Assembly: GCA_963810935.1 (NCBI GenBank)
Contig: CAWEPK010000008.1
Coordinates: forward strand, 704,001-768,000
Reading direction: 5' to 3'
From: an uncultured delta proteobacterium
GTDB taxonomy: Bacteria; Desulfobacterota; Syntrophorhabdia; Syntrophorhabdales; WCHB1-27
Length of the DNA: 64,000 bases
In this document: in pieces, positions 19,603 to 29,414 of the stretch
Layout of the letters: each line of letters begins with the position of its first letter
Numbering within the stretch: the first letter of the stretch is position 1
Notes under the pieces: model-generated
What the model was told of the DNA's origin: nothing
Database searches by the model: none
The model's input: the letters and a program-made list of their open reading frames with translations, nothing else
Translations under genes and position numbers: made by a program

Positions 19603-20509
19603 ATGAAAGGGAAGAATTGGATCGGAATACTCGCGGCATCCGCGTTTGTTTTTGTCTCATCGCTTTGCCCGGCTAACGAGCCTCAGAAGAAATCTGCGCC
19701 ACCGCCCAAGGCCGCCCCTCCGAGGCAGGCGCCCGCGCCCAGACCGCCGGCCGGCCCTCCTCAAGTCCGGCCCGCTCCCGGCCCAGCTCCGTTCCGGCCC
19801 GGCCCTATTCAGGCGCATCCCGGTCCCGGTCCTGCGCCCGGCCATCGGGCCCAGGCCTGCGCCCGGTCACGGCGGCCCTGGCCCCGCACATCCCGGCCCC
19901 GGCCCTATCCACGCAGGTCCTCCCCCGGTTCCGGGCCATCGCGGTCCGGCGGACCATGAAAGGATCGTAAGAGAGGTGCACAGCCCCCGCGTGTCGCGGG
20001 TGGACGTCGTAAGGGCGCGCGACCAGTACCGCAACGTCGAGCGGGAGCGCTTCGGAAGGCACATGGAGCCTTTCAGGTTCCGGCCTGAGCACCGCATGGT
20101 CTTAACCCATATGCGAATTGTCCCCGGCACATATTATTACAGGCGGGACGCCTTTTACAGGGTATACGGCTGGGCCCCGCTGCCATACGTGTACAGCATG
20201 TATCCACGATACGGAGTTTACGACTCGGTCTTCCTGGCGTTCATGCTTGACCATGCCGACGAGCAGCAATACGCACTCATGTACTACAACCACATGAACG
20301 ACCCGGACTTCGTACAGTGGCGTCAACAAATGGACCAACTGGCCGCGCAGAACGCGGACCTGAGCCAGAGGCTCGCAACCATGGACCAGCAGGTCGCGGC
20401 CTTGCAGGGGACACCGACCGACCCTTCGTACGTCCCGGAAGACGCGCAGGACATCGCGCTCTCGCCCGAGGTAATAGACGGGCTGACCCAGCCGCAGTCG
20501 CAGACGTAG
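19603..20509 (+). pseudogene. Exported Pro-rich protein with conserved C-terminal helical domain; frameshift near 19846; paralogue of 24897..25799
   Basis: Signal peptide in ORF 19603, C-terminus in ORF 19646; shared YGV.DS.FL.FMLDH..EQQYALMYYNH and GTP.DPSYVPEDAQDIAL with 24897. Confidence 0.8.
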
Positions 20510-20558
20510 AAGGCGCACGAGGCACAGGCAGACGGGTCATTCCCAAAACAGACATGCG

Positions 20559-20596
20559 AGAGGCCCGTGACGCCTTTAAAGGCGTCACGGGCCTCT
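20559..20596. repeat. Perfect 38-bp palindrome (possible terminator/cruciform)
   Basis: AGAGGCCCGTGACGCCTTT|AAAGGCGTCACGGGCCTCT. Confidence 0.85.
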
Positions 20597-20688
20597 AACG
20601 GACCTTTCGGCGCGGGCGGACGTTTCAGGTGAATCATCTTTCTAATGTGCTGTTATGATTAAGGATTACTTATAGAATGAGGTGCCGT

Positions 20689-20931
20689 ATGTGGGACATG
20701 AATAACGTAACAGAAATCGAATACAAAGGAGGCTTCGTATTTCGGGTTGTCTTTGACGACGGTAAAAACGGCGACCTGGATTTCTCCGAATATATCGGAA
20801 AAGGACCCGTTTTTGAACCTCTCCGGGATGTCTCGTTCTTCAAAACGGCGCGGATAGAAGGCGGCACCATCGCCTGGCCCAACGGCGCCGACATCGCCCC
20901 GGAAACGCTGTATGAAAGGCTAGAGCAATAG
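20689..20931 (+). CDS. DUF2442 family protein (putative antitoxin)
   Basis: V.F.DG...DF...GPVFEPL.D...F...GTIAWPNGADIAPETLY signature. Confidence 0.85.
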   Translation: MWDMNNVTEIEYKGGFVFRVVFDDGKNGDLDFSEYIGKGPVFEPLRDVSFFKTARIEGGTIAWPNGADIAPETLYERLEQ

Positions 20932-20996
20932 AGAAACAACCGATGCAAGTCTTCTAAAGATGCGTATAATATGCTATCAATTGGAAGGAAAAGGGA

Positions 20997-21188
20997 ATGA
21001 GCCTTGAAGACAAGATAATAAAGGAAATACAGGATTTGCCGGAATCCAGGAAGGCGGAAGTTCTCGATTTCGTGGAGTACCTGAAGACGAAAGCCGGGGA
21101 CAAGGAATGGTCCATATTTTCTTTATCGTCTGCCATGCGGGGTATGGCGAATGAGGATTCGCCGTACTCGCTTGGTGATATTCAATAA
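20997..21188 (+). CDS. DUF2281 family protein (putative antitoxin)
   Basis: I..LP...EVLDFVEYL signature. Confidence 0.75.
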   Translation: MSLEDKIIKEIQDLPESRKAEVLDFVEYLKTKAGDKEWSIFSLSSAMRGMANEDSPYSLGDIQ

Positions 21189-21258
21189 TCCTTCTGATGA
21201 TCGCATGGTCCGGAGCCACCGCCATTAAGGGCGACTCGCCCTGGTTTTGTATCCTGTT

Positions 21259-22191
21259 TCAGTACATGTCATAGTCGTTTTGTCCAACCCAGCTGTCGAC
21301 TTCATCGCTCCGGTCAACGTCCGGTTCGATCCCTGCAATCAGCAATTCGTCATAGTCCTCCAGTTTCAACCCGCACTCCTCGCACTCGAAAGACTCGCCC
21401 ACGAATTCGAGGCTCAGACTGGGCGACCCGTCTTCATCGTAATCACCACGCTCTTCCGTCTGTCCGATAAGCAGAGCGCCACAGCCGCACACCGGGCATT
21501 CGATAGGATAAACGTCCCAATCGCCGGAAGTGACTTGAGATTTCACCTCAATGCGCTTAGCCTTCTCGCGAGCTTTTTCTATAGCGGAGTGAACGCGCTC
21601 AAACCTTTCCTCGTCAAACTGCTTCAGGAACTTATCATTCTCTACGGCGTCAGCAAGAAAATAGTGCTGAAACCAATCTGCCCCATGTTCGCGGAAGTGC
21701 TTAAGGAGAGATAGATAGAGAAGAACGCTTCTTTGAGCCTAATATTCACGGAACTCAGGAAGGCCCGCATGCACCGAAAGGTTCCGATACCGAGAGAGAA
21801 AACGCAGGTGAGAGCCAAAACGCTTCTTGAAGTCAGGGAAGAACACTGAGAAGACGGCTATGGCTTCATCAAGCTCTATGCTTTTGAAGGCCGAAGAGCG
21901 TAGATCCATTCTATAAGGGGCCTTTTTGAACGTCTGGGGCAGCGAGTCGGGCGCGATCAGTGCGCATTTCAATTCAAGAGGAATATCCTTGAGCAGGAGC
22001 AATAGACTCAACTTTGCGATGTAGGCCTTGAGAAGCAACTCCGTAGCGACAGCCAAGTTTCCGATGGCCGCTTGGTTGTTTTTGTGGATTCCCTCCTTTC
22101 CTTTACCCCTGAAGAGGGCCAAACCGGCTCGACCGTAGGCACCCGACGCAGAGAACAGACTTCTCACCAATTCATCTTGAGCATCTTTCAT
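21259..22191 (-). pseudogene. HEPN-like protein with C-terminal Zn ribbon, interrupted by in-frame TAG at 21739-21741
   Basis: ELLLKA and RNLSVH (Rx4H) motifs; frame stays open after TAG into ORF 21259..21546 with CPVC/CEEC. Confidence 0.7.
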
Positions 22192-22652
22192 AAATGCACT
22201 CCGGCTCTCAGCACGGGTCGGGGAACTTTTAACTGCTTTTCGCTATCGCCTCTAATGCCATCCTCAAAGCATCTAGGGACGGTCAATAGCTCCTAACGGA
22301 AGGCGACGAGTTGTCGTCGCCCCACGTACGGCTGCCCCTACTCATCCCGTCACCTTTGAATCTCATCTTTGAATATTACCACTTCTATCATAGCCGTGTG
22401 AAAAAGGGAAACGAAAATAATGATAACAGTGATAGTTAGAATCTAACTCAACTCTGCAAGAACACTGACCCACCCAGCGCATCGTGCGGTAAGCGGTTCT
22501 TGGGCTGCCAAAGGGGGCCTGGGGATTTTCGATGATAGACGCCGTGACCGAGGAGCCGCCGCCCGGAGCATACTCTTTGTGTATGTGAGGACGCGCGGCT
22601 TTGAGGGACAGGCGTATGGCGCGAAAAGACCCAGGCCCCGTCCCACACCCTC

Positions 22653-24338
22653 TTATTCTATTATCCCCCTGAAGTCCTCCTGCGCCCTCGCCTTCAGTAT
22701 ATGGTGCTGCTTCTTGCCCGATGTTGTGAACGGTAGCTCGGCGAAGGGGACGAATTTGTAGAAGCGGGGGCGTTGGTATCTTGCTACCATCGGGTGGGCC
22801 TTGCAGAACTTGTCCAGGTCTTTTTCCGTCGGCGCGGCGCCGTCCTTGAGTGCTACGTAGGCGACGACGACCTCCCCCCACTCGTGGCTGCGGACGCCGG
22901 TTACCATCGCGTCGAGCACGTCCGGGTGCTCCTTGAGCGCGCCCTCCACGATGGCCGGGTGGACGTTCTCTCCTCCGCTGATGATCATGTCGTCCGTCCT
23001 GCCCCGGATGGTGATGAAGCCTTCGCTGTCCCACGTCGCCATGTCTCCGGGCAACTGCCACCCTTCGAAGGGGAACGCCTTCCTCGTGTCCTCCGGCCTC
23101 CGTATGTACTGGTACGGGCAGTGCATCGTGCGCAGGGCCACCTCGCCCTCGGTTACGCCGTCCATGGGGCAGAGGTCGGCCGGGTCTTCCGGGTTGCCCC
23201 TGCGGTCGGCGAAGACCTTGACCACCTTCACCGTGTCCTCCGGTATGGAAAGGCCGATGGTCCCCGCCTTGGCGGGCAGGTCGTGGGGCCGCAGCATCGT
23301 CACCCAATGGCCGTCGGCTGTGCCGTAGCCGTTGAGCACGTTGGGCGTCAGGAGCGCCATCATCTTGAGGCAGGCATCCTTGTCCAGCGGCGCGCCCATA
23401 GAGGTGATGCACCCTCTGCGGAGCGTTGAGACGTTTCTCGGCGCCTTCTCCTGCAAAGCACACATGCGCTCGTAGACCGTGGGGGCGCTCACCATGTGGC
23501 TGACGCCGTACTTCTCGATCAGGTCGAGCGACTTATCTTCTGTGAAGTGCTTCATCACGACCACCCGGCCGCCTTCGTGCATGCAGGGCAGCACTCCCGT
23601 TGTGTTGCCGCCACGGTGGAACAGGGGGTTCGTGGCAAGCGTGACCGAAGCGTTGTCTATCTTGAGGAGGGACGCAGTCATCATGTTGTCGAAGAAGATG
23701 ATGGCGTGGTTGATGGGGAAGCCCTTGGGCAGCCCGGTCGTCCCCGACGTATAGAGTATGAGGCAGGGGTCCGTCCAGCGGACGGCGGCGGCGGTAGCCG
23801 GAAGGGTGGAGGACCGGCCGTCTATAAAATCCTCATAGGAGATGTGGCCGCGCGGCAAAGGGGCGGCCTTCCCGCCGGAGCTTGAGCCCCCACCGACCCT
23901 GATGGCGAGCTTCGGCGGTATCTCCGCCCGCCCGAGCGCCCCGACACTGTATTCCTCCACTTCGGAATCATAAAGGAAGACCGCAGGGGGACAATCCGCC
24001 ATGAGGCTCGCAATCTGCCCTTCGGGCAGGCGGAAGTTGACGGTGGAAAAAACGCAACGGGCCTTCATGGCGCCGTAAAACACGGTGAACCAATGGAAGG
24101 TGTTCATCATGTTGCCCATGACCACGTCATTCAGCCCAACGCCTGCCGCAAGAAGGGCATTGGCGAACCGGCTCGATTCTTCGTCGAGCTGCCTGAAAGT
24201 CAGGGTCTTTTCGTAAAACGGGTCAACGACTACCGTCTTATCCGCGTACCTGAGCACGTTCCTGTACAACTGCCTCGTTAGGGTATATTCCTTTTCCCAC
24301 GCGGCCATCCATTGCGAGTAGTCGGCAGTCAGCTTCAT
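22653..24338 (-). CDS. AMP-dependent acyl-CoA synthetase/ligase
   Basis: YTSGTTGLPKG, NGYGT, GRTDDMIISGGENV, TTSGK motifs. Confidence 0.92.
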   Translation of the reverse strand: MKLTADYSQWMAAWEKEYTLTRQLYRNVLRYADKTVVVDPFYEKTLTFRQLDEESSRFANALLAAGVGLNDVVMGNMMNTFHWFTVFYGAMKARCVFSTVNFRLPEGQIASLMADCPPAVFLYDSEVEEYSVGALGRAEIPPKLAIRVGGGSSSGGKAAPLPRGHISYEDFIDGRSSTLPATAAAVRWTDPCLILYTSGTTGLPKGFPINHAIIFFDNMMTASLLKIDNASVTLATNPLFHRGGNTTGVLPCMHEGGRVVVMKHFTEDKSLDLIEKYGVSHMVSAPTVYERMCALQEKAPRNVSTLRRGCITSMGAPLDKDACLKMMALLTPNVLNGYGTADGHWVTMLRPHDLPAKAGTIGLSIPEDTVKVVKVFADRRGNPEDPADLCPMDGVTEGEVALRTMHCPYQYIRRPEDTRKAFPFEGWQLPGDMATWDSEGFITIRGRTDDMIISGGENVHPAIVEGALKEHPDVLDAMVTGVRSHEWGEVVVAYVALKDGAAPTEKDLDKFCKAHPMVARYQRPRFYKFVPFAELPFTTSGKKQHHILKARAQEDFRGIIE

Positions 24339-24671
24339 CGAGAATCTTCCTCCCTGTCCGTCCCCGTCCGTCCATGGTCTGCGTTTTACGATTTTATAAT
24401 GCCGGTGCGCGCTGCTCCCGCCGGGAGCGCCTCTCGTCGCGTTGCTCTCTTATTCCCATTGCCGGAGTATGGTGACAAATGAAGGAGCGATGCCTTCCCG
24501 TCCGCCCCCCGGTCGATGAGAAGTATTGTTATGACTACCATTCCTTACGGGCTTAGATCAAGCAAATTATGACAAATTCGCTCTTTATCAGGCGTGGGTC
24601 TCCGGGTACGTGAGCGCGCCGCGCCAATTTGCAAGTCGCGAAAAGATTACAAAGATTGCGAGAATTAATTG

Positions 24672-24701
24672 TTGACAATGTTTTTTCAACGGCGGTAGAT
24701 T
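24672..24701 (+). promoter_or_regulatory. Putative sigma70 promoter
   Basis: TTGACA-N18-TAGATT upstream of 24897. Confidence 0.4.
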
Positions 24702-24896
24702 TGTGTCAGTTCGTACACCCTGTCACGTTTTACACTTTTTAGTTTTTACGAATTCGGCACGGTATGGAAGAGGCAGCCAGGCGGAAACTCTTTTGCCCTG
24801 TGCTATGACCGGCCGCGAGCAACCGCGCTTTTCGCACGCGCACCCTCCAGCCAGTATCGTGTCCTGCGCCTTCCGGCCGGAAAAAGGAGAAACAGC

Positions 24897-25799
24897 ATGA
24901 ATGTGAAAACGTGGATCGCAACGCCGCTGCTTGCTTCGTTCGCTTTCTTTGCCGTAGCGGGGTCCGCTTATGCGGAGCTGAAGAAATACACGCCGAAGCC
25001 CGCGCCTGCAAGGCCCGCACCGGTGAGGCCGGGGCCTGCGCCCAGGCCGCCCGGACCGCCGGCCAACGTGCCGAGGCCGGGTCCGGGTCCGCAAGTTAAC
25101 TTCCCGAGGCCGGGGCCCGGCCCCGCCCCAGGCCCGCACATGTCGAACTTGCCGCCCCGCATGGGGCCCACCCAGCCCGGCATAAGACCCGGTCCCGGCT
25201 TCCACCCGGCTACCCCTCCTCCTCCCGTGATCCACGCGAACGTCACCCCCAGGGAAGAGCTGCAGCGCAAAATGAGCATGCAGGCGACGAGGCAGGAGAA
25301 CCTGAGTGCGATCCGCCGTTTTAACGATCAGCGCAGCATGTTCAGGCCAATGCCCGGCCCGATCCACTTCTCGCCTGCCTACCGGCCCCTGTTCACGAAG
25401 GTAAGGATCGTCCCCGCCACGTACCATTACAGGCGGGAAGTTTTCTATGCGCACTACAATTACATGCCGCCCCCCTACGTTTACAGGATGTACCCTGTTT
25501 ACGGGGTGTGGGACTCGACGTTCCTTTCCTTCATGCTTGACCACATCAACGAGCAGCAGTACGCGCTGATGTACTACAACCACCAGAACGAGGACGCCAT
25601 GCAGCAGTGGCGCGCCGAGCTCGACCAGATGGCCGTTGACAACGAGGACCTCAAGGCCCAGCTTGCGGCGATGGATACCAAAATGGCGAGCCTGCAGGGC
25701 ACGCCTATCGATCCGAGTTATGTGCCGGAGGATGCGCAGGATATAGCGCTGGCGCCGGAAGTGATAGATCAGGCGATAGGGCAACAGACGCAGAGCTAG
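24897..25799 (+). CDS. Exported Pro-rich protein of unknown function (intact paralogue of 19603..20509)
   Basis: Signal peptide, PGP repeats, conserved C-terminal domain, AGGAG RBS. Confidence 0.85.
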   Translation: MNVKTWIATPLLASFAFFAVAGSAYAELKKYTPKPAPARPAPVRPGPAPRPPGPPANVPRPGPGPQVNFPRPGPGPAPGPHMSNLPPRMGPTQPGIRPGPGFHPATPPPPVIHANVTPREELQRKMSMQATRQENLSAIRRFNDQRSMFRPMPGPIHFSPAYRPLFTKVRIVPATYHYRREVFYAHYNYMPPPYVYRMYPVYGVWDSTFLSFMLDHINEQQYALMYYNHQNEDAMQQWRAELDQMAVDNEDLKAQLAAMDTKMASLQGTPIDPSYVPEDAQDIALAPEVIDQAIGQQTQS

Positions 25800-25877
25800 G
25801 GTGGCTGCGTGCGTAACCCGGCGCGGTGGGTGTTTTTGTCCTGACCGGGCTCGCCGCGTCGCCTCCGACGTACAGTT

Positions 25878-27158
25878 TTAGGGGAAGATACCCCGGAGTT
25901 TCCCCGCCCCGGCCACGCGGCCCACGCCCAGGATCAGGGCTGCCGTGCGCAGGTCCACGTTCTCCTTTTCAGAGACGGCGATCACCTCATGGAAGGCCCT
26001 GGAGAGGATTTTGTTCAGGCGGTCGGTTACTTCGCCTTCCGTCCAGAGCAGCTCCTGGAGGTTCTGCACCCATTCGAAGTACGAGACGACGACACCGCCC
26101 GCGTTCGCAAGGATGTCGGGCACGAGCCGGATGCCACGGTCCGCCAGTATGGCATCCGCCTCCGGGGTCGTCGGCCCGTTGGCGCCCTCGACTACCATCC
26201 GGCAGCGCAGCTTCGGGGCATTCACCGCGGTTATCTGGTTTTCGATGGCGGCCGGCACCAGTATGTCACAGTCGAGCTCCAGCAGTTCCGCGTTCGTTAT
26301 CTCCTCCGCATCGACACCGTGCTCCTTCCCGCTGCCGCTTGCGCCGTCCGTCTTGGCCGCGAGGGCCTTTTTCACGTCGAGCCCGGAAGGGTTGTAAAGG
26401 CCGCCCAAAACATCCGAGATGCCTATTATGCGCGCCCCTGCTGCGGCAAACTGGCGCGCGGCGGCGGCGCCGACGTTGCCTGCGCCCTGTATTACCACGC
26501 GGGCGCCGGATATCGGAAAGCCCAGGTGCTTTGCCGCCTTGGCCGCAATGGTGAAGACCCCCCGGCCGGTTGCCTCCAGGCGGCCGAGCGACCCGCCCAG
26601 TTCGAGCGGCTTGCCCGTGACTACGCCCGGCACGGCATAGCCCTTGCGTATGCTGTACGTATCCATGATCCAGGCCATCACCTGCGGGTTCGTGGCTACG
26701 TCGGGCGCCGGTATGTCCATCTCCGGTCCGATGAAGGGTGATATCTCCCACGTGAAGCGGCGCGTGACGTTCTCGATCTCGCACTGCGACATGGAGGCGG
26801 GCTCGCACTTCACCCCGCCTTTCGCGCCACCGAAGGGTATGCTGACGACTGCGGCCTTCCACGTCATCCACATGGCGAGGGCTCGCATCTCGTCGAGGTC
26901 CACACTTGGGTGGTAGCGCAGGCCGCCTTTGAACGGCCCCCGTGAGTCGTCGTGCTGGACGCGGTAACCGGAGAAGATCCGCACGGAGCCGTCGTCCATC
27001 TTCGCGGGGAAATGGACGATGATCTCCCTTTTCGTGTACTTCAGCTTTTCGATAACGTCCCTGTCCGCCTCACGTATGTGGGCGGCCGCCTTCTCGACCT
27101 GGCTCACGGCCATCTCCGCCAGGTTGACCTTACCGCCTGCGCCTTGTATCTCTGCCAT
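25878..27158 (-). CDS. gdhA: Glu/Leu/Phe/Val dehydrogenase (glutamate dehydrogenase)
   Basis: RGPFKGGLRYH, PFGGAKGG, DIPAPDV, GANGPTT, NAGGVVVSYFEW. Confidence 0.92.
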   Translation of the reverse strand: MAEIQGAGGKVNLAEMAVSQVEKAAAHIREADRDVIEKLKYTKREIIVHFPAKMDDGSVRIFSGYRVQHDDSRGPFKGGLRYHPSVDLDEMRALAMWMTWKAAVVSIPFGGAKGGVKCEPASMSQCEIENVTRRFTWEISPFIGPEMDIPAPDVATNPQVMAWIMDTYSIRKGYAVPGVVTGKPLELGGSLGRLEATGRGVFTIAAKAAKHLGFPISGARVVIQGAGNVGAAAARQFAAAGARIIGISDVLGGLYNPSGLDVKKALAAKTDGASGSGKEHGVDAEEITNAELLELDCDILVPAAIENQITAVNAPKLRCRMVVEGANGPTTPEADAILADRGIRLVPDILANAGGVVVSYFEWVQNLQELLWTEGEVTDRLNKILSRAFHEVIAVSEKENVDLRTAALILGVGRVAGAGKLRGIFP

Positions 27159-27394
27159 TTTTCGGACCTCCGACGGCGCCCGTCAACTACTCCGTGCGAT
27201 CCCCGTGTTTATTGTCGATTGTATACGGCCGGGCAAATAATGTCAATCAGTTAGACAGGGCCGCGCCTTGCGGGGACGGGCCGGCGCCGCCCCAAAACCC
27301 GGTTGACGGCGAGCGACGATTCGTTGTATGTTTGAGTAAGGCGGACCGGACCTTAAAACGGCCCGGGGAGATCGGGATCCGAAAGGAGGCTTTT

Positions 27395-27871
27395 ATGGAA
27401 GTTTCTCTACTGAAAGGAAAGGTAATCCTCGCGGTCGATGACGAGCCCGACGTGCTCCAGGTGCTCAGGGACGAGATCATGGCGGCGTGCTCGGATTGCA
27501 CCATGGAGCAGGCTACTACTTACGACGACGCGGCCAAGCTGCTACGCTCCAACAAGTACGACTTGGTGGTGCTGGACATCATGGGCGTCCGTGGCTTCGA
27601 CCTGCTCGAGATCGCCGTCAACCGCAACTGCAAGGTCGCGATGCTTACAGCCCATGCCCTGAGTCCGGAGGCTCTCAAGAAGTCGCACGACCTCGGAGCG
27701 AGGGCGTATTTGCCGAAGGATAAGCTCGGCGAGATAGTCCCCTTCCTCGAAGATATGCTGAAGCACGAGTACAAGACCGGCTGGAGGCGGCTCCTCAACA
27801 AGCTGGAAAACTATTTCGACGAGCGCTTCGAGCCCGGCTGGAAAGGCCAGGCAGGCATCAACTACTGGTAA
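27395..27871 (+). CDS. Single-domain response regulator receiver protein
   Basis: ILAVDDEPD, LDIMG, MLTA, YLPK; AAGGAGG RBS. Confidence 0.88.
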   Translation: MEVSLLKGKVILAVDDEPDVLQVLRDEIMAACSDCTMEQATTYDDAAKLLRSNKYDLVVLDIMGVRGFDLLEIAVNRNCKVAMLTAHALSPEALKKSHDLGARAYLPKDKLGEIVPFLEDMLKHEYKTGWRRLLNKLENYFDERFEPGWKGQAGINYW

Positions 27872-27894
27872 GGGGTTCAGTACCCCTTCCGGCA

Positions 27895-28543
27895 ATCATC
27901 TACCCCCGGCAAAGCCGGGGGTTTGTTAAAACCGTGAACCGCTCAAAGCGGTTAGTTGTGCGTTAGCTGCCTAAAGGCAGCTATTTGTCCTTCTCGAACA
28001 GTTTCATCTGGTCGAGCCTTCGATCTGTCTCTTCCTGGGCTTGGATGTACGCTCGTATGGCTTGCTCGTCCAACCCTATGGTCGATACGCAATAACCTCT
28101 GGCCCAAAAGCTCTGACCTACGAAGTTGCGTCTCCTGCCGCTCATCCGGGCTATGTAGATCGCGCTCTTCCCTTTGATAAAGCCTACCACCTGGGCAACG
28201 GCATACTTTGGGGGAACCGAGAGCAACACGTGGACGTGGTCCACTACCAGTTTCCCCTCCAACACCTCGCTCTCCTTCTGCCGCGCCAGCTCCTTGATGA
28301 TGGGCCCTATCTCCTTCCTGAGATTCCCGTATAGTACCTTTTTCCGGTACTTCGGAATCCACACCACATGATACTTGCAATCCCATACCGTATGACATAA
28401 GCTCTGAATATCTTCCACCGAAAGCCTCCTTAACTCTGCCGACCGCCTAAACGGTTCACGGATACAGGAGGCTTTCCTATATATTCCCGGAATTGTCAAA
28501 CTCCGGGATTCCCCCGGCAGAGCCGGGGGTTTACCAGAATGAA
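27895..28543 (-). mobile_element. IS200-like element (tnpA only)
   Basis: Subterminal hairpins CCCCCGGCAAAGCCGGGGG (27903-27921) and CCCCCGGCAGAGCCGGGGG (28511-28529); ends inferred by reconstituting the repeat terminus. Confidence 0.85.
27981..28418 (-). CDS. tnpA: IS200/IS605 family transposase
   Basis: CKYHVVWIPKYR, HUH DHVH, KGKSA, FWARGY, catalytic AYIQAQ; GTG start with AGGAGG RBS. Confidence 0.93.
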   Translation of the reverse strand: MEDIQSLCHTVWDCKYHVVWIPKYRKKVLYGNLRKEIGPIIKELARQKESEVLEGKLVVDHVHVLLSVPPKYAVAQVVGFIKGKSAIYIARMSGRRRNFVGQSFWARGYCVSTIGLDEQAIRAYIQAQEETDRRLDQMKLFEKDK

Positions 28544-28648
28544 ATTATCGGGGCTCAGCGCCCCCTCCACGAGCAAAGCCCGTGGAGCCTCCCGGTTCGG
28601 CCTTCGCATACGCTCGCTTTATGACCCTGCTGCTTGCAGCAGGGTCAT
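28544..28648. repeat. Dispersed multi-hairpin repeat, copy 1
   Basis: GGGGCTCAGCGCCCC + CTCCACGAGCAAAGCCCGTGGAG + hairpin ATGACCCTGCTGCTTGCAGCAGGGTCAT. Confidence 0.85.
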
Positions 28649-28752
28649 TTATTCCCCAGTGCGTCACATTTTCGTAAGCTTCTTGCAGGTCGGGCTGAAA
28701 GCCGCCACTGTGGCAGACTTTCCGCACGACCTGCCTTTTTCTTTCCTATCAT

Positions 28753-29262
28753 TTAGCCGGTTACTTGCAGGTCCACCCTCCTGTTGGCCGAGTAACATTT
28801 ATCCGTGGGCTCGCTGCAAACGGGCCTCTCTTTGCCGTAGCTCTTGGTATCGATGCGGTCCGCCTTGACACCCTGCTGCACGAGATATGCCTTCACGGCA
28901 TCTGCACGTTTCTGGGCCAGGGTGCGGTTATACGCCTCGTCTGCGCGTTGGTCGGCATTGCCGGAGACCTCCACCTTGGCGTTGGGGTTCTGCTTGAGCC
29001 ATGCCGCCTGGTTCTTCAGGGCCGATGCAGCCTCCGGCGTTAAGCCGGATTTGTCAAAGCCGAAATAGACGGACCGCGCCGGAGGTGCCTGAACGGGCGC
29101 CGCCGCCGCCGTTTGTGCCGGTGCGACGTGTGGTTTCGGATAAACCAACTCAGCCTCAGATGCCGGCGGAAGGGGAGTCCCTGCCGATCTCTGGTGCGAG
29201 CACCCAAACATACAGACAATCAAAAGACAGAAAAACAACGCGAGCACGGCTTTGGCAGTCAT
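28753..29262 (-). CDS. OmpA-C/Pal-like lipoprotein
   Basis: MFGC lipobox, VYFGFDKS, GNADQR, SYGKERP, NRRV. Confidence 0.88.
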   Translation of the reverse strand: MTAKAVLALFFCLLIVCMFGCSHQRSAGTPLPPASEAELVYPKPHVAPAQTAAAAPVQAPPARSVYFGFDKSGLTPEAASALKNQAAWLKQNPNAKVEVSGNADQRADEAYNRTLAQKRADAVKAYLVQQGVKADRIDTKSYGKERPVCSEPTDKCYSANRRVDLQVTG

Positions 29263-29348
29263 GGTGCCTCCTCACAGAAACGTTAGTAGCTGAAGACAGG
29301 GGCGATCAGGAATTCGAAAAGAGTGCCACAAGCCCATACCGGACTACG

Positions 29349-29414
29349 GCGAACACAGAATCAGACTCGCCTTCAGCCCCATTTTATTCTGTGTTCGCTT
29401 CTGCCGGTTGTCAA
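29349..29414 (-). promoter_or_regulatory. Putative promoter overlapped by a 13-bp inverted repeat
   Basis: Minus-strand TTGACA-N17-CAGAAT; arms GCGAACACAGAAT (29349-29361) / ATTCTGTGTTCGC (29386-29398). Confidence 0.45.

Noticed and set aside
20595..22447. Integron attC sites around the antitoxin/HEPN genes (CTAAC/GTTAG motifs)
   Set aside because: No paired R''/R' boxes with an attC-like stem could be built and no integrase is in the window.
22363..22648. Short ORFs between the HEPN gene and the acyl-CoA ligase
   Set aside because: No motifs or RBS support; overlapping alternative frames.
24760..24812. Minus-strand GGTCATAGCACAGGGCAAA resembling the 5' end of a c-di-GMP-I aptamer
   Set aside because: Downstream GACGCAAAGCC core and P3 are missing and it is antisense to the nearest downstream gene.
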